Translations under genes and position numbers: made by a program
In this document: positions 11,278 through 26,400 of the stretch, in pieces
Numbering within the stretch: the first letter of the stretch is position 1
How the letters are laid out: every line of letters begins with the position of its first letter
Source: Monocercomonoides exilis PA203
Taxonomy: Eukaryota > Protista > Preaxostyla
NCBI GenBank assembly: GCA_001643675.2
Contig: LSRY02000025.1
Location: forward strand, 868,001 to 932,000
Length of the DNA stretch: 64,000 nt
Direction: 5' to 3'
Notes under the pieces: model-generated
Told to the model about the DNA's origin: nothing
The model's database searches: none
What the model saw: only the letters and a program-made list of their open reading frames with translations

Positions 11278-14200
11278 TTAGAATAGCCTTGTAATAATAC
11301 CCACAGCAATAGTGTCTTTGCCTTGGTGCATAACAAAGCGGCCAGCACGTCTGGCAGAAGAAGGCGATGACGCATCAGCTGCTGCTGGTGCAGCCTCAAG
11401 AACAATCGGAGCATCAGTCTCAATCTTCACAAGCCCAACTGCTCCATAAGGGATCAGCCGAGGATAGCTGTGAAAGGAATAATAAATAATTTTAATAATT
11501 ATAATAATAACATATAATTATTGGTATATTGAAAGACAAATGAAAAAAATAAAAAGTTTTATGTTTGAAATAAATAAATAAATAAATAAAATCCCATTTA
11601 TCAACACCAAAATAACCATCTTCCCCCACAAACCGACTTTTCACTTTCCTCGTTTTCTCATCCAATATGCAGAGGAGCTCGCGAATAGTGGCGCCTTCGG
11701 CCTTTGCCATGGAGTGTAAAGTGCCAGCTGTTCCTCTGAGGAGGGGGTGGAGCTGAGAGACACAGACAATGTTGGCGAGGAAACGAGACGTGTGTTTGAT
11801 GCTGATGAAGGAGAGGGGAGGAAGAGAAGAAGAAGAGGAAGAAGAAGAGGAAGATTGGGAAGGCGATGCGGAAGAGGAGGAAGTCTGAGATAAGAGACAT
11901 GAATCGACTGGTGTGCTTATCACATCACCAACACTGAGAATGGAATAAATAAATAAATAAATAAATAAATATGAAAGAATATTTGGAAAAGCAGATAGAG
12001 TATTGTCAAAGAACAAATTGAAATTAGAAAAAAAATTTTTTTCGGTTAAAAATGCAAAGTAAAAAACAGATACATTATTCACAAAAGGTAATAATAGCAA
12101 ATAAATAAATTAATAAATAAAATACATCCAAACATAACATAGTCCAACAAAACACAATGTCATCTCATCATCACCACCACCACCATCATCATTCTAATTT
12201 TTAATGCAGATGAGACAATCTCAAACAATACATTCACACACACCTCACTCTGAATCCAGTTGTCTTCGATGGCATCACAGACAGCTCAACCACATCGCCA
12301 CAATAAAACCACTCGCGCTCTTCATACGGGATAGGAGCAGCCCAGTCATATGAGGAAGGAGAAGAAGAAGAAGAAGGAGAGGAAGAGGAAGAGGAAGAGG
12401 AAGAAGAAGAAGATGATGATGACGACGATTGCAAAGAAGGAGAAAGCGATGGAGAAAGCGAAGAAGACACAAGAGACGGGGATGGAGACATACTTCTCCC
12501 TCCTCCTGCTCCTCCTCCTTGCATATCCCCCGCACAGCTGACACCTTTGATTATTCCCTGGTCTCCTGAGGGCGATGCCACAATTGGTGTTCCTTTTCCC
12601 CCAGCGCCGGAATCGACTCGCCCAACAACAGAAAGAAGAGGAGTGAAGGGGCGCTGGTAGACATCTGTGACGACAATCAGAAGAGGAGCAGAGAGAGAAG
12701 AAGAAGAAGAAGAAGAGGATGAGGAGACGGGGAGTGAGTCTGGGGGGAGGAAAAGAAAAGGAAAAAAAAAAGATGAATAATTAATTGAAGACATGAAAAG
12801 TGAACAAGCAAATAAATAAATAGAAATATCGAAAAAAAGCGAATAAAATAAACAGAATAAAAAAAAAAAACAAGAAAGAAAAAAGAAAGAAAATAAACAT
12901 TAAACAAAAAATATAAACAAAAAATAAAATAAATAAAAATGAATAAAATCATTTTGCAATCAAACCTATCAACTCGATGAGAGGAGGTCCTCTGTACCAG
13001 TCGAGAATGTCAAGAGACCCATCAGAGACAGGTTGTGGTGGAAGATCAGTGGACGACGAAGAAGAAGAGGAAGAGGAAGAGGAAGAAGAGGAAGAAGAAG
13101 GCGGAGGCGAAGGCGTAGAAGAAGGCGATAGCACTGGAGGAGGCGATTGGGAGTTGCTTTTGCCTTTCTTTTTCCCTTTTCCTGTCTGTTGTGTCTGTAT
13201 CTGTTGCGTCTGTTGTTGTTGGTCTTTTTGTGATTGTCTTTCTGCTCCTCCTTTCTGCTGCTGTGTTGTCATTCCCCACGGCAGTGCAGAGTATGTGAAT
13301 GCCTTTGGACTGCTTTCAGGTGAAGAAGAAGAAGAAGAAGAAGAGGCAGAGGCAGAGGCAGAAGCAGAAGCAGAAGAAGAAGGAGCTGTGCTGCTCTTCT
13401 GGTACAGAGGCGTGCTCTGTATGATATTCCACCCTTTTATGGCTGAGATGGGCATGAAACGCACTTTCGAAGGCGGAAATCCAATCTTCGTCAGCTGCGG
13501 CGTCATCTTCGTTACAATAAACCGGAACCGCTCAAACGAACGGCTGGATGCAAGTGATTGCGCACCAGTGATTGAAGAAGAAGAAGATGATGATGAAGCA
13601 GCAGCTTTAGCTTCCTTTTCTTCTGTGTTCCCCTTTGCTTCCCCGCCTTCTTCCTGCTCTCCGAAGTAGGAGTCCAGTTTGTTCACCGCCACAATCAGCC
13701 ACTCCACCCCGACTGCACGTGCTATCTTCATGTGCTCCCGCGTCTGCCCTCCTTCGCTCCATCCAGACTCAAATCCCCCCGGCGCCCCGTCGATCACCAA
13801 CACACCCGCATCGGCCTGGCTTGCTCCGCTAATCATGCCTTCAATGAAATCCCGATGCCCCGGCGTGTCCAAAAGCGTGACTCGCTTCGATCTTAGCTCG
13901 ACTGTTACAGCTGTTGTGGCCATCGTCACTCCACGCGCTCTTTCTTCCTCATAGCTGTCCATCACCCATGCCAAGCCAAATGATCCCTTTCCTGCTGTCT
14001 TACTATCTCGCTCATACCTCGTTACAAGCCGTGATTCAACATTGTGAGTCAGAAGTAAAAGTTGACCCATTAAGGTACCTAAAATCAAATTTGTTAAAAA
14101 AAATTGAATGAATAAATCTGCAAACTCTTCCCTGCATCGACGTGTCCAAATACAACAACCGAAACTGAATCTTTCCCCTGTTTTTGAGGAGGTTTAGGTA

Positions 14201-14658
14201 TGGCGGCGGTTTGCATTGACATTTGGATCACACCTATTTGATCTAATGATTTTTTATCTTTTGACTTTTGCTTTTGGGGAAAGGTTTGTGTGGCTTGTGT
14301 TCCTGAAGGAGTAAATGATTTCGATTGTGATTTTGAGGCATTTGTGGATGTGTTTTTGTCTTGTTTTGGCTTTGGTTGTGGTTTTGGTTTTGGCTTTGGC
14401 TGCGGAGAAGGCTTTTGTTTTTCTTGAGATTTAACCTTTGTTAACTTTTTTTCTTGAAGAGCTGTTATCAAAGATGATGAGGAAATGAATTAAAGTTTTT
14501 TTTTCCATCATAAACCAGAAACCTTTAAAGTAGTCTTCATCGTCCATGTCGTTGTCATCATAATAATCATCATCGTAATCATCATAATCTAAAAATCAAA
14601 AATTCAAACAAATAATTAATTAAAATGCTATGTTTATACCGTCGTAGTACTTTGACAT
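11278..14658 (-). CDS. HBS1: HBS1-like translational GTPase (eEF1A/eRF3 family), multi-exon with Ser-rich inserts
   Basis: N-terminus MSKYYD...DYDDYDDD; G1 GHVDAGKS split by an intron; [21 protein letters not shown]; [10 protein letters not shown]; GQTREH; NKLD; C-terminus [21 protein letters not shown]-stop at 11278. Confidence 0.82.
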
Positions 14659-16072
14659 GAAAACTCTTCTCACAAGTTTCAGAAAACAATAAAAAGAAAA
14701 AGTGAGCAGGAATGACGGTTAAGATCAAAAATGAAGTTATCAAATAACTTCGTTCACAGAAAATTGATGAAAATATACAAATATGTTTGCATAATTTGTA
14801 GAATATACGAACACTTCAAATATTTTTAATCCAACTAATATAATCATTCATTTTTGTCATTTGGTAATTCGAATTAGAGATTAAAGTATCATAAAACAAA
14901 TGAAAAGTGACGAAAACAACAAGAAATGCTAGAAAAGAAAACGGATGGTGGAAATGGAAATAGGGTAAGTGGGAACAAAAATTACTGTTCAAAATGCTTT
15001 AAAAACGTAAATGTTCGTTATCAAAATAAGTTATAAGTCCATGTGGGATATTTTTTCTGGTAAATTTTGTCGAATTCGAATAATTGAATTTGTGACCCAT
15101 TTATGAAATTCTTAATCATTAAATCACCTGTTTCAAGTCTTTTTTTGATAAATAAAACCCTAATCTGTGATTTAGGTTCATATTTTAATTTATATTATAC
15201 CCTAATTCACTCGTTGTGTAGGCATTGATACCAACAGCCTCTCCAAAACCTAATTAGAAGTTATGAGAAATAATATTATTAGGGTTTGATCTTAGATTTT
15301 TTGATGAAAAAGGCAATTATTTATCGCTTGAATTTTGAGTCGAAAATGAATATTTCAATTTTATTGATTGCTTTGTATCCATTTAGTCTTTTTTTTTTTT
15401 TTTTTTTGAAATTAAACTTTCTTTGTGTTATTTTTTGAACAGTACGTTTTGTTCTCATTCACAGGAAATAGTTGTGGAACAAAAAAAAAAGTATGAATCT
15501 CAAAAGTTTTTTTATTACCAAATTTTTTAAAAAAGAAAAATTCAAAAATAATACTAACGAGGTCAACACGATCAAAACTTTGGTCAAAAAATTAAACTTA
15601 ATAAATTTAAATCTATCTTCTGAAAAATTTATTTTCAAAAACTTTGAGCGTTCAACTTTATAATTTAATATTATTTGTTTCAAAATGACTCACATTGAAT
15701 TCAAGCTAATGTTTGAAGCAATAATAGTGAAAAACTTTTTTGTATCTCATATTTAACAAAGTAAATAAAGAAGAATTTATCAAATTTTTGAATTAATTAC
15801 AATGTTTTTCCAGTGATGAAAGAATACATAGCATATCATATATTTTTCGCTGCAACCAGTAGTCTATAATCGATCTCTCATTTTGTCGATAAATATTTTT
15901 GTATTTGGAATAATCAATTCGATCGTTGAATCCATTACAAGAAACAGATTTCAATTATTCATTGCTTAACTCGATAGTTGCTTGTTAATAATGTCAATGC
16001 AAATGAGTGTGGTATGAAAGCTTATATTGTATTGATTGTTCAATGAAAATGGTGTTTAACGATGTCTTCTGA

Positions 16073-17550
16073 TTTCATTTGCTTGGGAAAAAATGCAGAA
16101 GCCTCCAAACGCAAAATTCATTGGTACGCAAACATTTTTCGTTTGAATTCCTGATGATTGCGTTCTCTTCTTTGTTAATTTTGAAGAATTGTTTTCTGAA
16201 CTGGAGAATTGTTCTGAAATTGAACAAAAACAGAAAATCGAAGAAACGAACAAACTAATGGATGAAATGAATTCAACAGATTTTTTTTTTCATTATCGCA
16301 GATGAAAAATTAGATAAAATCCACAAAATGATAGAAGAAAAGAAAATATCATTGGAAAACACGATTTCGTTGTTGAAGCTTATTGGATATTGGGAAGTGA
16401 TAAGTAAAACAACTTTCTGTTGTTTTTCCAATTCTTTGTTGTGCAAAAGATTTGAGGAGATGATTATTGAGGAAGATAAGAAAAAAGAAGAAAAGAACAA
16501 AAAGCTTATTGCAGATCTTTGCGAATGCTACATGATGCTGCAGGACAGCGACATTTCAAAAAAATTGCTTTCAATTTGTATGTCTTGCGTTGTGAAAGTT
16601 GCCTTGAACAAAGAGGAAACTTTAAACACACAAAAAGAAGTGGAAATGGCTTTGTTTGTATTGGGCGACGATAGGAAATTTGATGTATGAACTTAATTCT
16701 TCATTTTTGATAACATTTTTATATTTCTTTCGTGAAGATTTATGACAAAAAATTGAACATAAAAAAGATCACAGAAATCATCCACTATCATCAGGAGCAT
16801 CACAACCTCACTCATGTTGCATATCAATCTGCTTGGTGGATTTTAATGCGTCGATTTAGATATAACAAAAGTTTGGAAGATATTATTGCGAATGAGCTTC
16901 ATTTTGTGAGGGAAGCTGCAAGAGAAATGGAAGCTCTGACAAGAAATGTGGATTGGACGAGAAAAGAAGACAAAGAAATGAAAGAAAGAATTACTTTGGA
17001 GAGATGGCTCAAAGCTTTGGATGTCTTTGGTACATTAGGCCAATTACAGAATGAGGAATTCACCAAACTGACAAAGCTTATTATAGGTATTTGTGGAGCA
17101 GCGAAGTGCAATCACAGAAAAGTCTATAAGAAGTACTATTCATTTTTGAGTTATTTCATTTTACAAAAAGCAGAATCTGAGGATTATTTGCTGTGTGAAG
17201 AGGCTATCGATTTCATTTTGGAGGAAATGCATGGGCCAACAATTAAACAGGAAGTTACAACGTTAAGCGCTTATGTGTTTTATAAGCTTTCTCGAATATT
17301 GAGCAGGAAAAAGGAAAAGAAAAATAGCTTGACTTCGTTTGTTTGGTTTGCCTGGAGCTGGCTGAATGGAAAGGAGAAAGAAGAAAGTGAAAAAGCAAAG
17401 CAGAAAATGATGCTGTATCGAAAGCTGCGTGAGAAGATGGAAGAAGAAGGATATGAAGATATTATTATCAGCTTCTATCGATCAATTATTTATTTTTCTG
17501 GTATTAGGAGGCTATCAAAAGATCTCAACTATTATTTTGTTTATCATTAA
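16073..17550 (+). CDS. Member of lineage-expanded helical (ARM-like) family; apparent frameshift in T10 run at 16281-16290
   Basis: ELFSELE..EQKQKIEE.N.LMDEM, CECY, KVALNKEE...QKEVEMAL, YHQEHHNLT..AYQSAW, LHFVREAARE and KMEEEGYED motifs; intron near 16685-16737. The start position is uncertain. Confidence 0.6.
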
Positions 17551-17779
17551 GAATCATGAAATAATAACAAACAAGAAGTGAATTTCTCCATCTGTTTCAA
17601 GATATTCATCAGAGTTTTACTTCCTGTTCTTCTTTTTTTTTTCTATGAATTTTTCTTGAAGTTGTTTTGCAGCTAATTTCGAATAATTTTTTTTTGGCCT
17701 TTCGTTTCTGTTTTCACCTCTCAATCTTTTTTTCTACTGGTGTAACATTCAGATTTGTAATTCACTTTATTTTGAATTT

Positions 17780-18470
17780 CTTTTATTTGCATTCATATTT
17801 GTTTTGTTGTTGTGCATTTTTACTCATTCACGTCTTCATCTTCGACACATGTTCCATCAACTTCCATTCGGAAATCCTCTTCTCCTTCATTGCAATCGCT
17901 GTAATTCAAACACCTCAAATCCTTCATCATTTTTACACTTGAGATCTTCAATTCCTCTTTCTCCATTTCTCAGGTTGCCAGTGCAATTTTCATCATGTTC
18001 TCTTCACCCCAAAAGAGCCGATGCCTTGTTTGTGGTTTCTCTGTCATCTTGCTCTGAAATGAAGTTGTTTCCAAAAATCCACCTTCTTCATTCATTGGCA
18101 CATTCAACAACACATCTTTTGAATGGAACTTCTCCTGTTCACATGCTTCAATTTGGAATTCTACTAGTTGCGGATGAAGAAAGAGAGGTTGAAGAAAGAA
18201 AGAGGAAATATTGCACTTATTGGATTGAGAAGACATTTTTTTTCTGTTTTTATCAAATGGAGCAAAGCGAAAGCCGTTTTGACTGAAGATGAAAGAGCTG
18301 AATTTTCTGAATAATCTGGTTTCAATTGTTTTTCATCAAATTTTAATTTGATTGTCATGGTTCTTTTGGTGGAAACACCAATTATTTTGCCTCTGAAAAG
18401 CAGTTGAATAATCTCTTTAATATCTTCAGCTCCTTCTGTAAATGATGAAAATCATAGCTTTTCTTCATCA

Positions 18471-18501
<31 letters not shown>

Positions 18502-19400
18502 TGTCTTCTTCTTCTTCGTCTTCGTCTTCGTCTTCGTCTTCGTCTTCGTCTTCGTCTTCTTCGTCTTCTTCTTCTTCTTCTTCTTCTTGTTTTAAAAAGT
18601 GGAGAAAAAGACAAAAGAGAGAATTTTCATTTTCTATTTCGACCATAGACAGCAATGCGATTTGTTCGTTTCCTTCGAAACCTCACCAGAATTCATCAAC
18701 GAAGGAGCATATTTCTGGTGAATGAGTACAATGCAATGATAATACGATTCTGTGAAAGCGGGCTTTAGAGCAATGGAGTCTGGAGGATGAATTAAAGAGT
18801 CATCTGAGATGAAAAGCAAATGAGGGACATAACTGAAGAAAAGGAGAAAGAAAATCAAAGGACGACCTGAAATGAGCAGCTTGAGGGAGATTGTGCAGGG
18901 AAGCTGAAGAAAGACGCATTGCTTTCAATGAATGGAGCGATTAGTGCTTGTGCGAAAGCAAAACAGATGAAGGGGGAAAAAAGATGGATGAGCGACAGAA
19001 GATCCAGAAAAGTGGGGGAAAGCAGAGTGAATGTGCTCTGATTGGCTTCTCGCAGTTGGAGCTAAACGACTGGATTGAAGTGTTTGGAAGGGAGATGAGC
19101 GAGTCGACTTTGTTAACTTCAGCAATAAAAATAGACAGATGAAAGCAGAATGACAAAAGCTGAGGAAAGAAAGGCAAAAGAAAGGAAGAGTCCGAGAGTG
19201 AATGAGAGTGAATGAGAGAGAGAGATGTTTAATAATATTAAAAAATGGAAATAGAAATGCTCATTCAGAGTCTCTAACATTACTCAGAGCCACCAGAGCC
19301 ATCTCCACATCTTTTTGTGTTTCTTTGCCTTGACCCTTGTTCAACACAGATTTTGAAATGAAATTTCGAGACTTCATTTAAAAACCATGAAAGAAACGCT
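17780..19400 (-). pseudogene. Decayed paralog fragments of the same lineage family
   Basis: Minus strand at about 19275-19350 reads VLNKGQGKETQKDVEMALVALSNV, matching ALNKEE..QKEVEMAL in the 16-kb gene. The surrounding frames are broken by stops, and there is a poly-E/D tract at 18475-18590. Confidence 0.5.
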
Positions 19401-20475
19401 TTAATGAAAAAATCCTTGGATCGAACGTATACTTTTATTTTTCTTCTCTCTCTTTTTTCTTTTTAAGCATTCAATAAACAAAAAGAAGTTTCCATTGAAT
19501 TTTTCCAATTTTTTGAAACAAACTTTTTCATTCTTTTTATCCATTTTCTTTTCATTTTTTCTTTTGAAGCAAGTATTATTTCTGATTTTTGAAAGAAATA
19601 ATCCACTTTATCAAATATGATGATTTTTAAAAAGAAAGCATCAGGGAAGAGGGAACGAATCGTGCGGGCCATGTGCACAATCAACTCGAATGAGTGGCTG
19701 GAAGAGATTGCTTTTGTCCAGCAAGGAGAACAGATGGAATGGGCGTTGTGCTGCTTTGGGGAAGCAAGGGAGTAGCAACAGGCACAGCAAGACACCACAA
19801 AAGACAGCATATTCAGATGGCTTTGGCTTCGCTAAAATTGGCGCAATCCAGCGCAATGCAGGAGATAGGATCGAAGCCAGAGGCATCGGAGGAGCATCAG
19901 CAAGGGAATATGGAAAAGGAATTTCTTTGGTTGCAGGAAAAATAAAAACAGAAGGAAAATAAAATAATAAAAAAAAAGTCAATAATTATTGTATCTTCAG
20001 AGTGATGTGGCTGCAATCTTTTATTGTTGAAGCAGTGAAACGAAAAATGGAAAAGCAAAACAAAGGAAAGAAATAATATTTTTTATGATGCTTCCAACCT
20101 CAGCATATTGAATACCCTTTTGTGCTTGGCTTTTGTGCCATTCTTTGGCCAAGAAGGCCGAGGGTGATGCAATGCGAATTGGCAAGGCCTGGCTCAGACA
20201 ATCGATTATTGGTTGCCGGAGGGCTTCAGGGAAAGCCCTTGGCTGTCGCAAGCCTGAGCAAGGATGCAGAAGCACATGGCAGTGCGACTCTGTCGTTGAG
20301 AATCGCCTGTTCTGCGAAAATGAGGCCAAGAGGAGCAAAATATGTGCGTTGTGCAAACAAATAAGCAAACTTTAGGGGGAAAAAACAAACACAAAACAAA
20401 CATCACTGGCGATGATCACCAGCGCAATTGAAATTCTCTTCTTTCAAATACACATTCTTTTTTCTCATTTCTTTT

Positions 20476-23400
20476 TCATTCTCGGTTTTTGGTGTTGACC
20501 GTTGGCTGGGCTTCGTTGGCAGTGCTGCTGGCTGAGAAGGCCAAGGATGTTGTGCCTTGCCTGTGCCCGTCGACCGAGTCTTCGAGGTCGGCTGCGTCTG
20601 TGAGGGTGAGGACAGCTGCGCCAGGCGGGAAGCGCCCGATGAACTCTCTTTTGAGCTGGACAAGGGAGGGGCGTGCACCAGGCGACTGGGACACACAGCT
20701 CTTCACCAGAACAAAGAAGGAGGAGCGCTGCACTGCCTCGAGTGCTGGCCGCTCTCCGTTCGCAATCTTCTGCCCTGCCACCTCTGCCTCATACTCCCCA
20801 AACGGGATCTGCAGCGTCAGGCACTCCCACAGCATCATCCCAATCGAAAATACAACCGACTCCTTTGCTGCTCTCATCTTCTTGTTGATCAGCAGCTCAG
20901 GCGCCTTCCATCTCAAACACTCTTTCCTGAAGTCATCTTCATCCTCAAACGCCGATGAAGGAAGAGAGTCACTTTCATCATCATCATCACTGGCAGAAGT
21001 TGCAACAGTCGATGATGAGACAGACGATGAATCCGAATCATCATTAGACAATAAGTCAGAGTGCATCACAATGCAGATGACCATATGTTCCGAAAACAGC
21101 ACGATGTGAGGACTCAGATTGGCAAGCGATTGAAGAGGATTGTCCATTTCTTCAAACGAGTGAAGTGCCCCATTCGCCACCCAGAACAGGATCTGGGCAG
21201 CTGTCTGTTCTCTCTCCTGAAAAGTTCCAATCGCCATCTCCTTCTTCTCATTTTTTCCGTGCAGCAACATGAACAGAGAATCCCTCAAATCCACAATCAG
21301 CTTCTCATGAGGAGATGAACATGCCATTGCATCCACCAGATTCGACATGGATGAAGTGGTTGGGCACAGGTCCTCTCTCTGAACAAATGTTGAATCTGTA
21401 TCTGATGTGTCTGTGGTTGAAGTGGATGAAATGGATGGAGAAGGAGATCTCTTTCTTGTCTCTTCCTCTTCATCCTTCTCCAGCATCCATTCTGGAATCT
21501 TGTCTGAATCCTTTCCCAGAATGTATTCAGTGGATCCACTCTCAGCCAAAAGATACTCCGACGATTCTGAATGTTGCATATTCGTATCATATATTCTCTT
21601 CTTTATCCTCTCTTCATTTTTCTTCTCTGCCTCCTTCTCTGCTTTCCTCCACTGCTCCTCAGGTGACATTTCCATTGTTACCATCTCAATCAGCTTCGGA
21701 TCTTTCTTCACCGTGTCATTCACAATCTCTCTTAGATCTTTGTTCTCATTCCTTGCCTTCCTCCAACGAACAGCCAGAACAACAATGACTACAAGCAGTA
21801 TAATGCATATTATGCACACAATGATAACAATAATCGGCCATATTGATTTTTCTTTCTTTCCTCCTTCAACAAGTTTTTCGTCTCCATTCTTTGCTTCACT
21901 TGCATTCTTCAGAATGAAAGGCTCAGTGGCAGAGGGAGCATCAGCATTGCCAAAGAGCAGACACACAGACACCTCTGCCTCTGCTGGCGCCTCTCGAAGG
22001 ATGCTCCCTTGTATTACCCCAAAGGCCTCCTTTTCCGAGACAAGCCCTTTTGCATCGAACTCGTACCGATGCAGCAATTCCTCGGTTCCGATGGTTGTTG
22101 CCAGCCGGAACGACAGATTGCAGGGCAAGAGGAGCTCTCCCTGGAATCTGATTGTGACCTCGCTCTGTTCATCTGCTTCGTTTCCCGCCTCGTGTGCAGA
22201 ACGGAGTGTTGGGATGAAGAAGGGGGACAGCCTGTGGCGGGGGATGCCGGCAAGCGTGCATCCGCTGTCCAGTATCCACAGAGAGGTGTTGTCTTTCGCG
22301 CCGTCTCCCCCTTTCAAGCTCGCCAGCGTCAGCGACGCCCCATCGGAGCAGGCGATGTTCCGGCGGGCAGACGGATAGCTGCTGGCCGAAGGGCTGCTGC
22401 GGGCAGAGGGGCTGTTCCCCACAAACTTTGCATCGTCCATGCGGACAGTGCCTCCCGAGACAGACAGCGCTCCATCCGATGCGTTTGCCACTGTGAGATC
22501 GCTGATGGCTGCTGTTGTGTTGCACAGATGGACCAGCGATGCATTCCACGAGCAGATGCTGTCTGCGCTGTTTCTGTTTCCATTTGCACTTGCACTTGCA
22601 GCTGTTCCTGTGGGTGCTCCCTCAAACACACACATGGCCAGCGAGAGATCTGCTGCATTGCTCACACTCACAACGCTCCCCTGCTGTGCTTGTCCATCTG
22701 CATCGTTGCCAGAGGATGGGCCACATTGTGAGCAGGTGAAGTTGGACAGGGATATGTGTGCAGAAGAGGAAGACGCAGAAAGCACAGACGAGCTGAAGGA
22801 GGTGCTTGTGCTTGTGCTGGTGCTGGTGCTGGAGCATGTGTTTGTGCAGTTGTGGAAAGACGAGCCAGAAAAGGCAATGTCTCCCGTGGCAGTGGCGGGG
22901 AGACAGAGGATGCTGCCCTGCGAAAACACCAGATGCTCGGCTGCCACGCTGTGTGCCGAGGCGCTCTGGCACTGGCGGAACTCGAAGGCGCTGGCTGACA
23001 GCTGGAGGTGCTGGAGGTTTATGTTTGCGAGGGCGACATGGTCGGCAGCGGAGAGGAGGAAAGGCGGGAGAGCGAACGCGAGGTGCAGGACGGAGCAGTT
23101 GTCGACAGTCAGGTGGCCACCCTCGATGGCGAGCAGGGAGGAGTTGAGGAGCACTGGGTGTGCAGCTGGCGAGGCGGTTGGCGAGGTGGTTGTCGAGGTG
23201 GCTGATGAAGCGGAAGAGGAAGCAAACTGGACAAAGGAGAGCGAGAGGTGGCCATCGGTGTGGCACACAACAGCACTGCCTGTGTGCGAAAAGGATTGGC
23301 TGAAGAGGAAGTCGAGGCACTCGATCCGGACGTTTGCAGAGGTTGCGAGGATGGCTGGGCAGTGCTGGATGGGGGTGTCGAGATGGACAAGCGCAGAGGA

Positions 23401-26400
23401 CGGGGACTCGAGCGAGCGGATGCTCACGCTGGTTGCGCTGCATGGCGCGCAGATGGCTGTCTGGTGCGACACCAGCAGCTGGGAGTATTGAGACGGAACG
23501 ATGTGCTGCACCCCCTCGTTCAGCGATTCGCAAGGCTTGCCGAACTCTCCACATTGCTTGCTGTCTGTGTGATTGTCTGCAACAGAAGACACAAAGATCG
23601 TCTCGCTCTGGTATTTCACAACCCTCAGCAGCAGATCCTCTTCCCCCACAAACGAGTCGGTTGTGCAGCCCCACATTGCTAGATCCTTCACAAACGGCGC
23701 TCGGAAGTCCAGCAAGAATTGTTCATCTGCAATTTGATTTTCGAGTGAGTGGCATCGAACATACACGTCTCTCCCTCTAAACGCTGAGTTATCTTTGAAC
23801 GTAATATTCGAGAACACAAAGTTCAGAGGCTGCTCAGCTGTCGAGGTGCACTCCAGAAACAGCCACCCGCCTCTTCCTGTGGTTGAGCAGAAGCACTCAG
23901 AAATCGTGCAAAACGAGCAGTCAAACTTTCCTCCTTCGTTCAACAGGGAAAATATTGCCCCTCCCTTTCCACACCTCGTTCCACCACACTTCTTCATCGT
24001 TGTGTTTCGTATCACCATTTTCAAAGGCTCAACATCATTGTCATTTCGAATGACAGGAATATCAGCAGTTGTGTTCTGGGTGACTTCTTCGAATGAACTC
24101 CACTCAACAACAATATCTTGTTCAACTTCATTTTTTCCTCTTCTCGAACTCTTTGAAATGCTCAATCCACTTGCTCCATCCAGATCAACATTCCTCATCG
24201 TCAGATTTTTGATGTTCAGAATCGTTGAAGATAACACAGAAATCACATCCTTTGAAAAAGATAACGATTGCATTGTCACCAATTCCAATTGAACTGTGCC
24301 TCCATCTGCCTTGATCAATCCATAGCTGATTATTTCTTCTCCGCTTTCTTCCATTTTTGTGAATGAACAGTCCTTCACAGTCAACGACGCATCACTTGAG
24401 CCAACATGCTTCAAACTTTTAACATCACCAGTGAATGAAGATGGCATCACAAAGTTTATCAGTTCGAAGTTTGTAATTCCCTGAATCTTCATTGCTGCTT
24501 CCTCTGTTCCTTCAAGCGAAGCGAGACATTCCAAGGAGCTAATGAGGCTATTATCCGATTTTATTGCAGCCCCGCTGACATCAACACATTTCTGAAGAAT
24601 TCCGTTTCCTTTGATCTTTATATCCCTTTCATTTCCCTCAGGCAATCGATCCAGAGAGTAATCGATTGACAGGCAAGGACAATCCAAAAACCCACAGGCA
24701 CCCATATCTTTTCCTTCACCTCCAACAAATATCTCTGATCCAAGTGCAATCCAGAAATACACCAGAGGGATGGCATTTGTTGTGTCACTTCCATCAAACC
24801 CTCTCATCGAATCCAAGGAAATATCAGTCAGATGCTCAGATACAAACGGAAGGGATGCATTTGTGATGCTCTTTGTCAGGCTTGGCGATTCGACAAACAG
24901 GTCATTTCCATATCTTGCAACATTCGGCTTTTCTGGGCCAAAAACAGGAGATGAGATCACAAACAAAGAATAATCATCAATCAACTTCAGTGCCATTCCT
25001 CCTCCAAAGCCAGATTTCTCCTCTCCAGTCGGTGCAGTGCATCCTGCGAATGTGCAAGAAATAATATTCAATTTTGTGTTCCCTTTCAACTGAGAAAACA
25101 TTGCCCCTCCTCTGCTTCCATCAGCAAGCACAGAGCATCCATCAAAAACGCATTCTTCAATATTTATTTCTCCATTTGAATTTTCATCATTGCTGTTGTC
25201 AATGCTCACACAGCCTCCACTTCCAGCTGTTCTTTCTATTTCTGTGAAAGTGCAGTTCGTCATGCTCAACCACTGATTGCTCATCAACTCGGCCTTTGAA
25301 CCACTTCCAGTCAATGAGATCAATGGATTTCCGCTCAAAGGGATTGACGAAGCTGAGAACGAATCAATTGTCAGGATTCCCGAGGCAATGGATAAGAATA
25401 AGGATACCAGTTCTGATGAAGAATCTTGAAGAGTTAAAGAACATTGAGACAGCGTTAGTGATGAAGAAGATGATGAAATAAAAGTGGAATGTGATGAAAA
25501 AGAAGAAGGAAGAGAGAAGATAAGTTTTGACAAGACTGTTTCAACGCTTGTTATTACCATCGCTGAATTGGATGTTGCACTCGAATCAGAGACTGTCCAG
25601 CCACTTTCATCATCATTTCCTCGGATTTCATGCTTCTGATTGGCAAAAGCCAATTCATCAGCCATCATAATCATTCCACTCACAGCAACTTTCTTTGTTT
25701 CTGTTTGACGTGTGAGAGAGTGCTTTATTGTCAAACAGGGGAATTTGACTATTCCGCAATGAGAATGATCAGATGCCTCAGTATTACTCACATATATTTC
25801 TTCCGGGGTGGGAAGGAGATATATGCACAGAGGGATGGCCACAGTCGTATTTCCATTGTCATATCCTTGCACTCTGTCAAAAGAATCCAAAGAGGCTGTC
25901 ACACACGTAATCTTTTGTGACTTTGCAGTTTCTTCCAGGTCTGGTGAAAGGACAAAGATATCATTCCCCCATTTGGCTGTGTTCGTTCCAAATGAAGATG
26001 AGATCAGGATGTTTGGACTTCCAGTCGATAACTGAAGGAGGATTCCACCCCCAAGACCATTGGATGCCGAACAAAAGCATCCATCGAAAGATCCGCCATT
26101 CACTTTCACTTCATTTTCTACTCCTGCACATAACATCATTGATCCTCCATTCTCTGAGCCTGTGCTCCCACAACCAGAAAATGAGCATGAATTCAGCTTA
26201 ATGTTAATCTTATCGTTGGAAAATGAGATTACAGCTGCTTCACTATTTGTTCTCTCAATCCCATCAAAGGCACACTCCGAAAGCGTCAATGATATTTCAT
26301 TTGTCGAAGAAAGCGAAAACAATGAAGTTGTGGAGATCGTCTTTGCCCAGTTCACATTGTCCACCTGCAGCATACCATTCTGAACATTGAGCAGCTCTGT

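Noticed and set aside
21407-23780. Many long overlapping antisense or alternate-frame ORFs
   Set aside because: Shadow ORFs caused by GC-rich coding sequence of the receptor gene; no domains.
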